Shown: one piece after another, positions 1-8,800 of the stretch | Layout: each line of letters opens with the position of its first letter | How positions within the stretch are numbered: the stretch's first letter is position 1 | Source: a virus | IMG/VR virus record: IMGVR_UViG_3300025101_002824 | Location: 32,001-96,000 of that record | Length of the DNA stretch: 64,000 nucleotides | Strand: one strand, 5' to 3' | Position numbers and translations under genes: made by a program | Notes under the pieces: model-generated | Database searches by the model: none | Seen by the model: the letters and a program-made list of their open reading frames with translations, nothing else | What the model was told of the DNA's origin: nothing

Positions 1-488
1 CTATTTTCTATAGATTCTATTACACTTATCAATTTGGTAGACTTTATAGTAGATATTGGCATGATGTCTAAGTAATCTATTGTATTATCAGTTGAAATCA
101 TTTTTAAATCTGAATCAACTTTAAAACACTTTACTTTAAAAGAGCATGCGTACTTACTATAATCACCATAAGTTGATGTATCTACTATCTGACCCAAATA
201 TAAATACTCATTATTATATTTATAACATAAGCCTTTATCATATAATACATCATGATCACCTAATTCTTTTATTCTCCAATCTTTATAAAGTTTATAGAAA
301 ATAAAATCATATTGATTATATAATTGTACTTTAGGATTCTTAATGCTTAAATGTAAAAATGTATTTATTTGAGCGTCACTCCAGGCCAACATGCTATTAG
401 TAATAAATGATTTAACATCATCTGATAAATCTTTATTTATAACATGCTGACTGAGTAACTCTGAAATTAATTTATTATTAATTTCCAT
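1..488 (-). CDS. Hypothetical protein, partial (>=162 aa, runs off the left edge)
   Basis: Translated by hand. The ATG at 488 overlaps the TGA of the upstream ORF (TGATG). MEINNKLISELLSQHV... stays open to base 1. Absent from the ORF track because it has no stop. Confidence 0.75.
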   Translation of the reverse strand, partial: MEINNKLISELLSQHVINKDLSDDVKSFITNSMLAWSDAQINTFLHLSIKNPKVQLYNQYDFIFYKLYKDWRIKELGDHDVLYDKGLCYKYNNEYLYLGQIVDTSTYGDYSKYACSFKVKCFKVDSDLKMISTDNTIDYLDIMPISTIKSTKLISVIESIEN

Positions 489-814
489 CAAACAAGTATG
501 TATTTATGAATTTTCTCAACTTCCTCTATAATCTCATCACTTAATTCATCACTGATGTCTTTGTGAAAGATTAGTTTTTTAAGAAGTTGTAGACAACTCA
601 TAAGTTTACTATTAGATAATTGAACTTGTCCTTCTATATCCACCATAGCTTCAACTTGTTTACAAATTCTTTTTTCTAACGAGCTAATTAACCTAGGTAA
701 TTGTAACTCTTTATCACTAATGTAACCTTTAACTAACTTATCATGTAACTCAGTCATAGGTTTTATAGATGGAGGTACGTTCTCATCATCTATAAATTTA
801 AAATCTTCTGTCAT
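488..814 (-). CDS. Hypothetical phage protein (108 aa)
   Basis: ORF overlapping both neighbours in a tightly coupled minus-strand operon; no motif recognised. Confidence 0.7.
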   Translation of the reverse strand: MTEDFKFIDDENVPPSIKPMTELHDKLVKGYISDKELQLPRLISSLEKRICKQVEAMVDIEGQVQLSNSKLMSCLQLLKKLIFHKDISDELSDEIIEEVEKIHKYILV

Positions 815-1383
815 ATATTTAATTCTTTAATTGGGATTATTACTGATCCGTTTTCTTTAGAAACAGAATCATACTTATTACTTGTTATTTTAAATGCTAT
901 TACTGGGAAATAAGTCTTAACATATTCTCTTATACCTTTTAGTTTGGATCTATAAGTTTTAATGTTATTTATCATCTCCCAGTTATTTTGAAATGATACA
1001 CCTTTTATTGATTTAATATCAATCATATAATCTATTGAACCCCATGCAGTAAATCTTACTGAGGCATCAGCATTATCTAATTTTATATTATTAATAGAAA
1101 TTACATCAATATCAGCAGGTAAATGACTATTTTTAAAATTATCTTGTAACCATTTTACTGATGAACTGCTGCCAATACTATACTCTATATCTGTATAAAA
1201 CTTTTTGGTATGATATACTTGTCTTATAAAAGAGTTATATATAGAAGTTAAATACATAATTTGATTATCATCTACATACAGGTTAGTAACATTACCTTTA
1301 TATAAGTTCTTATTATTTATTATTCTTTTCATAAAAATATAATTGTCATTAGTACAATAATAAACAGAACATACATAATACAT
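811..1383 (-). CDS. Hypothetical phage protein (true start may be downstream, MKRII)
   Basis: 190-aa ORF with a 4-nt overlap with the next gene; no motif recognised. Confidence 0.7.
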   Translation of the reverse strand: MYYVCSVYYCTNDNYIFMKRIINNKNLYKGNVTNLYVDDNQIMYLTSIYNSFIRQVYHTKKFYTDIEYSIGSSSSVKWLQDNFKNSHLPADIDVISINNIKLDNADASVRFTAWGSIDYMIDIKSIKGVSFQNNWEMINNIKTYRSKLKGIREYVKTYFPVIAFKITSNKYDSVSKENGSVIIPIKELNI

Positions 1384-1431
1384 ATTGCAGGTATTATATA
1401 TGCTCTGAATTTATGTACAAGGTGCATAAAC

Positions 1432-1857
1432 TTATTCATGGACTTCATCATAATCTAATAACGATACAGATCTTAACCATTTTTCTACGCCTTGTTTATC
1501 AAGACCACCTACTACATCATCAGTTAATGTTGTGTCATAACAAACACCATTTTTATCCATGATGGCTATTTCATACTGATCTACATCTCCTATTGAGTAT
1601 AAACCATTAATAATAGATACATAAAATCCATTATCAAAATCAACATACGCTCTTGCAATACGCTGTAACGGATACATATCTTCTTCACGAGTAACATATA
1701 CTAATGTCCACTTAAGATCATCAAAGTTAAATACATTCTTATGTTCTTGTAAGCTATACTCTTCTTCATACTCTTGTCCTATATCTTTGATAGAGTATCC
1801 AAATGCTATAGGTAATGTCTTGTGATGTGCTCTTACATCTTCTGCTTTTTTTCTCAT
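1432..1857 (-). CDS. Hypothetical phage protein (141 aa from MRKKAEDV)
   Basis: The track starts this ORF at 1956, but that extension reaches the hairpin-rich region. The ATG at 1857 has the A-rich ...ATTATG context typical of this genome. Confidence 0.65.
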   Translation of the reverse strand: MRKKAEDVRAHHKTLPIAFGYSIKDIGQEYEEEYSLQEHKNVFNFDDLKWTLVYVTREEDMYPLQRIARAYVDFDNGFYVSIINGLYSIGDVDQYEIAIMDKNGVCYDTTLTDDVVGGLDKQGVEKWLRSVSLLDYDEVHE

Positions 1858-2172
1858 AATACTTTTGTGTGTTAAGGTTTTAATTTTTAATACTGCGGTT
1901 ATACATATGCTCATCCTATAGAGAGAGAAGAGACAAATAGTATAGGATAGCATCATAAGAGTAATAGCAGACAGTTTGTGCTACTACTACTCTCATGATA
2001 GCTATGTTATTTATTATGTGCTATAATATTGCACTGGTGGGAATATGTGGAGAAATATGGGAAATAAGATGTCTCACACAGTTTTTTGCACACACAACAC
2101 TTTTTTTTGTGTACAAATGTGCAAATGTCACCGTCATGACAGGTAAGTATACATGATAGTGATTACTTTACA

Positions 2173-2202
2173 AGAAAGAAAGCACACACGTGCTAACTTT
2201 CT
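2173..2202 (-). terminator. Probable intrinsic terminator of gene 2209-2625
   Basis: Minus strand reads AGCAC-GTGT-GTGCT followed by TTCTTTCTT, a few nt after the stop codon. Confidence 0.5.
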
Positions 2203-2208
2203 ACTTAC

Positions 2209-2625
2209 TTACGCCTTTGGTAAGCTTGCCCAGTAACAGTTAGTAACAGGCTTGCCTGTCTTAACATTAATTACTGGTCTAGCGTCCACTAGTGTGCCAT
2301 CCTCTTGTTCTTTAACAACAACGTCTAGTGTAAAGGTGTCACCAACTTTAGGCAAGTCTGCCGCTTTGTGTTTACTCACGTCCATTGGTACGAAGTAGTT
2401 AACACCAAAGTTTGGTAGTGCACTATAGCCTCTGGCTTTTAGTTTACCAAACTGCATAGTTGTGTCACCTTGATTAACTTTGCCGTTAAGCTTGTTATCA
2501 CGGAGTTTATTAACTCTGTCCACGTCTGCTTTGCTGACTGGGTTAGAACAAAAGATTACGGCTTTCTTTGATTTAGCCACTGATTTGAAGTGTAGTTCTC
2601 TCTGAACTGTCATAGTTTTTTCCAT
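2209..2625 (-). CDS. Hypothetical basic protein (138 aa), first gene of the leftward unit
   Basis: Clean ORF with an A-rich start context; more G/C-ending codons than its neighbours. Confidence 0.8.
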   Translation of the reverse strand: MEKTMTVQRELHFKSVAKSKKAVIFCSNPVSKADVDRVNKLRDNKLNGKVNQGDTTMQFGKLKARGYSALPNFGVNYFVPMDVSKHKAADLPKVGDTFTLDVVVKEQEDGTLVDARPVINVKTGKPVTNCYWASLPKA

Positions 2626-2812
2626 TTTGTCTATTTGTTTTTAGGAAATTAGTAACAACCTTGCTCCCCCATTTCATAACGGGGGTACACAAGGTCCAGG
2701 AGAAAGTAGGGGAGCCGCAGTGTAGGACCCAACTAAATTGCCATGCACACAATTTTTGTAATTACTGGATGTGCCATAATGTGTAGGGGGTTTGCTAGGA
2801 TTATTTTTTTTA

Positions 2813-2832
2813 TTTTTGTATATTGTAGTATA
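2813..2832 (+). promoter_or_regulatory. Putative phage late-promoter motif (TTTGTATATT class)
   Basis: TTTTTGTATATTGTAGTATA just upstream of ATG 2844; the same core precedes genes at 20926, 27239, 33344, 36400 and 48528. Confidence 0.5.
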
Positions 2833-2843
2833 CTATATTTATT

Positions 2844-5800
2844 ATGGCGAGAAAACTCAAAAAATTAGCAAAAGCGCAAAAGGGTTATGTTGGTGAAGTA
2901 GAAGATGGAACATTTATGTTAAATCCAGATGTAGCTTATACTTCTAGCAGAGGTGTTCCTGGTGGTAAACCGCAATATCAAGCAGTAATTTATTATGATC
3001 CTAGAGATCCAGAAGGTTACTTTTCAAGTGACCTAGAAAGAATGACTCCTGAGTTAAACGAGAGATATGGAGTTGGTAATTGGATTGCAAGACCATTACC
3101 TAATGTAGCTCTTAGTGATACTTATCAAACTATTGCTGATGAAAATGAAGCAAATTCGTATTTAAAACAAACAAGAAAAAAAAGAGAAGAGATACGAAAA
3201 CAATTTGGTGACTTAGAGCTAGATTTATATAAAAGAAAAGAAGGTTTAGAGGGTTATAATGAAGCTGACTATGATCCAGAATCTAAAGAAATTATTGAAT
3301 TACAAAATAAACTAAGAAGATTAGGAAAAGAAGAAGAGGAGTTAATGAAAACATTATCACCATTAACATATTCGGATCAAGACCATTTCTATAACGTTAA
3401 TAAAGGAGAATTTAAATTATTAGATGACGCATTATTTGAAAGCAAAGATCATTTAAACTATATATTAAATGAAATAAAACTAGCAGAACTAGAAGAACAA
3501 GAACAACAATATATAAGTCCTGTTGATGCAACAAATAAATATTTTCAAGATATAAAAAACTTAAGCCCTACTGGTGATATTATTATAATGCAACATGGTA
3601 CAAGTAAAGTTGGACCAATAATGTATGGTGAACAAGAAAGAAAACATTTTGGTTATGATCAAACACCTGGTCTTACAGATACATTTGCTGAAGTAATTAA
3701 TGAAACTTTTGATGATGCTTCTGGTATTACATGTTATATGGGTGTATGCAAAAAAAGTGATGCTGGTCAAAGATTAGCTGATGAAACTAATATGAAAGTA
3801 AATGTTGCTAGTGGTAATCAATGGTCAGGTTATCAAACAAATTTTGGAGATACATTTATAGATAGATTTTTTGGTACTGGATCTGAGAGACCAGATGTTA
3901 ATTACGGAGCACTATACGGATATGATACTTATGATGGATCAGGTGCAATAGCTAATAAAAATTATGGAGGTGATATAGATTATGGTATTACACCAAATGC
4001 ATCAGATACATTTTCTGGATATAGTAATCAAACTGCACCTCCAGTAGAAATTATATCAGATGCTGATTATGCAGCTCAACAAAGGCAAGATTTAATAAAT
4101 CAATCTGTTGCTTCAAACCAAAATCAAGGCGTTATATATAGTAAAAATCAACAGAATTTAGATAGACTTAAAAAAAGTAATTCGTTAGTAGCTCTCTATT
4201 CAGGACTTAAAGATACATATGATGCTTTAACAGATGATGGTAAGTACGGGGGATCTTTACCTAAACTTCAACCAGGGGGTAAAGCAGGTTTATTAAAATA
4301 CGGTATAAATGCTCTTAAATATACACCTAAAAAAATTAGACCGGATTTACTTAAATTAATTAGAACTAATAATCCTAATTTAGATCTTAGAGGAATAAAT
4401 CAAACTTTTGATTTTAATCCTCAACTTATAGGAGTTAATGAGCTAAACTTAAAAGGAATTGATTTTGGAAATCTTACAGATTATGAAAAGGCTGTAATAT
4501 CAAATATAAATCAACCTGATTTTCAACCTGTAGGTAATTTTGCTGATCTTGCAAAAAATTATTCACAATTTAATGTTGATAAAAATTTTGCTATAGATGC
4601 AGCTAACATGGCTGTAGACTTAAAAGAAATAAATCCTAAGTTTTATATAGAGTTACTTACAAAAGGAAAACCTTCTTCTTTTATGAATGAGATATTTGCT
4701 GATCCTAGAATTCCTATTTTTAATGCAAGGAATCCTGTAATTGGAAATCAAGAAATAGATTGGGATAATAGACATGCTACCAAACTTAGAGATAATTTTA
4801 CTAATGAGTTTGAAAAAAATCTAAGGTCATATGGTAAATATGGATTTTATGCTAGCGGTGTTCCATTACAAGGTGCTACTTCATTTCAAAGATTAACTAG
4901 CAATCCTAAAAATAGATTTAACAATTTTAGCTTTAAGACTAAACCTTATGGAGAAAATGTAAGTTATGTACAAGAACCTTCATACCAATATATAGATATA
5001 AATACTCCTGTAGCTGATTATGTTGTAAATGCTGGTTTAATGAATGTTGATCCAATTACAAATTTAGCTACTTTTAGAGGACGTGGTGAAATGGCTAATC
5101 AACATAATTTTTTATTAGGTCGTACCAATAGTCCATCATTAATTTTATCAGGTGATGAAGGATTTGCAAATACATCTGGAGGTAATACAATAAGAAAAAA
5201 TATAGCAGGAATAAGTACTCCAGGTCGTGGAAAGAATGTACTTGATATAAATGCTCAAATAGCACCACTTCTAACAGAAAAATTTAGTCTAAATACTCCT
5301 TTTGAAGGAACTTTTATGAAATTTCCAAGAATTCAAACTTATAGAAGAAAAACAGATGGTAGTATGCCACGTAAAAGTTTTATAAGTGATTACCTTGGAC
5401 GTGAGTTTGAACTTAGTGACTGGGATTATAAAGCATTTGTAGAAGATCCTAACATGCCTCTTCTTGAACGTAATCTAACAAGAGAAGAATTTAATTTATT
5501 AGATCCATTTAAAAAACGTCAATATTTTGATGAGCAAGGAATTTTATTTGATCCACTTGAAAGTTTATATAAAAAAGAAGGAGGAGCATTAGCAAAAGCA
5601 CAAAAAGGTAAAATTGTTACAAGGTTGGCAGATAACTTTTTTAGTGGTTTTAATAATATGATTACTAAAAAACCTTTTTTACCTGTTAAGCAGTTTGATA
5701 AATTTTTATTAAAGAATTTTAATAAAGGTGAGGCAATGTTTATTGAAAACACATTAAAAAATAATCCTAGCCTTATATCTAATAACCAAATAGATTTATC

Positions 5801-8800
5801 TAAACTAAAAGAACAAAGTTTTTCAGATTTAGCAGTAACAAATCATGCATTTCAACCTCTATTAAATAATTTAGATGCTCGTATGATAGATGGTACACAA
5901 GGTTTTAGATCTAAATGGACCGGTATGGAAAGTTCTGATGGAGCAGATTTTGGATTATATAGATACCCAGATCTTTTACCTTCACAATTTAGTTACTTAC
6001 CAGGAGGCTTTACAGAATTTAAAGGAACTAGAATTACACCTACAAATTATTCTGTTTCTATGCCAAATTTATTAAAAAAACCATATTTAGATAGTCATCA
6101 TGATGGATTACATATATTAGATCCATTAGCTATGGGATGGGTAAGAGGATTTGTAGATGCTGAAAACCCAGGGTTATTTATACTTAAAGAATTACAGACA
6201 GATATAAATAAAGATCCTATGTTTGATTTTTTAAGTAATAAAAATCGTTCTGAATTATTAAAAATAAAACCTCAAGTTGAAAAAAGAAATGATAAATATT
6301 TTAGCAATTTAAATGATATAAATAATAAAATAAATAATATTCAACAAAGAAAAAATGAAATATTTGGACTAGATGAATTTGCTGATGAATATAATGCTTT
6401 AGATATACAACAACAAGAATTAGCAAGACTAGCTCAAACTGGTGAAAATCTTTACCCAACATCTAGAAGAATTATGGATAATTCTGATCTTAATTTAGAG
6501 AGTTTAATTCCAATGTCTAGAATAGGGTCTAAACCATATTACAGATTTGAAAATGAAACATTAAACTTTTTACAAAATTCAGGATTTAATAAAATTGTAA
6601 TACCAAATGCTACAAGTATAAGTAATATACAAGGATGGAATGCTATGGATGGTTTAACAAAAAGTCAAAAAGGTACATTAGGTTATTATAGCAACTTACA
6701 AAAAAATCCACAATTAATAAATACAGGTAATACATATGATTTAGATAATTATAGTGGTACTATATTTGATTTACAACGTAAATCTTATAATCCATTTAAA
6801 GAGTATGGTGGACAAACTGAAGGTTATGCTTTAGATGATACACCTGATGATATAAAATATAAAACAGGTGGTCAAACATTTACTATAAAAAAAGCTCAAA
6901 AAGGAAATGCAGAAGTTACTTTTAAAGATGAATATGAACAATTTGAAAACTTTATACAAGAAGAAGAAACAAGTTGGGATTATGTAAAAAATAAAGATTC
7001 AGCAGTATTAAAACCTGATGGCAAAACATATTATAAAGTATATGAAGATGGTAAGTTTTACCCATATTATCATCAAAATTCAAATGGTACATATGAATCA
7101 GAAGCTACAATAGGTTTTGGTAGAAAAGGAGCAGATATTTTTGATACATATAAATCAGGATTATCATTAGAAGATGCTGAATTATTTAGAAAAGAAGATA
7201 TAGATAACGCATTAAGAAAAACTAAAATTTTTATTGATGCTAATTATGGAGAAACTGCATATGATAATTTACCTGCTAGAACTAAATTTATGCTTGCAGA
7301 TTATACATATAATCTTGGTAAATTAAGTAAATATCCAAAATTTGCTGATGCTATTATGACTAATAATATTGATAAAGCATTAGCAGAATATATTAGAAAT
7401 GATGAAAAAGGTGGTTCACCATTAGCTAGAAATGAAGGATATTTAAATATGTATTTACAACCATGGATAAATAATATAAATGAAGAAGAATTAAAAAGAC
7501 AAGAAGCTAATTTAAAAATGATTCAAGAATTACAAAATCAAACTGTAATTCCAGCAGATAATACTATGATTGGTACAAATCCATTTGGTGGTTTTAAAGA
7601 TGGGGGTGAACTTTTTAAAGCTCAACCAGGTACAGAAGTTAATCTGGCTGAAACATATAAATATATACCATCAGAATTTCTTAATGTGCCAGAAGGAGAG
7701 TTTACATTTGATTATAAAAATAAAGATGGTAATGTAGAAACTAGAACAGGTGTTTATAATCCACAATGGTTTGAACAAGGGTTTGAAGATTCAGATGCTT
7801 ATAATGCTTTAAGTGATGATGAAAAAATAACCTTTGCTAATAATCCATATATAAATAATGAAGGTGATATGGTTCATCCTCTATTGTGGAATAAAGAAAC
7901 TTTAGAAAAAGAAAATAAAAAAAGATTTCTTCATGGATTATATCAAAAAATGTATACCAAACAAGATGATGGTAGTTACATTTTAAATCCAGAATATGAA
8001 ACTGCGCTAGGTGATGCTAGGTATCTTACTACAACAGATGTTCCATATTCAGAAATTCTAGATGATGGGGCATTTTCTAGTACATTAGCTGCTGATCCAA
8101 ATAATACAAGTTGGTATAGAGAATTAAAACCAGAGATTTTTACTGATGGTAAAACAACGACAGGATACACATGGGATAAAGATAGTCAAGAGTTTGTACG
8201 TACATCAAATATGACATATAAAGATTTGGTAAAACAGTACAAATACATTAAAAATATGCCTGGAATGGAAGGCATTTCTAAAAAAGAATATAAAAACAGA
8301 TTACAACAAGGAGATATATATTGGCCTCAACTTCAAAGTCCAGCACAAGAAGCACAGTTTCAAGAGCAATATAAATCAATAATGAATCCAATTAAAAAGG
8401 AAGATGTACAATTACAAAAAGATTTTTATGATAATGCTATAAGTGGAGATTTATATAAACAAAAATTAATTAATCAAGGTTATGAGAATGTTGATGAAAT
8501 TATAGACATGAGAAAAGATGCTTTAGCTAATTCTAAAGTAATGTATGATGCAGATTCTAATTCTTACAGAGATGAGGCTTATGATGATGATCCTAATTTA
8601 ATTAAAAAAATTCTTGATAAAGTAACTTTTTTAAATGATCAGTATAAAGATTCAGGTATAGATTATAATTATAAAGATGTATTTTTTGCAAATCCTTATT
8701 ATACAAGAATAGGTGAAGAAAGAACAGAAGCAGATCTAAATTATGACAGCAGAAAAATAAGAAATGAAGCTGAACCAAATATATTTACTGATGATCAATT

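Noticed and set aside
1858-2843. tRNA genes in the intergenic gaps
   Set aside because: No cloverleaf or T-loop GTTC consensus found by eye.
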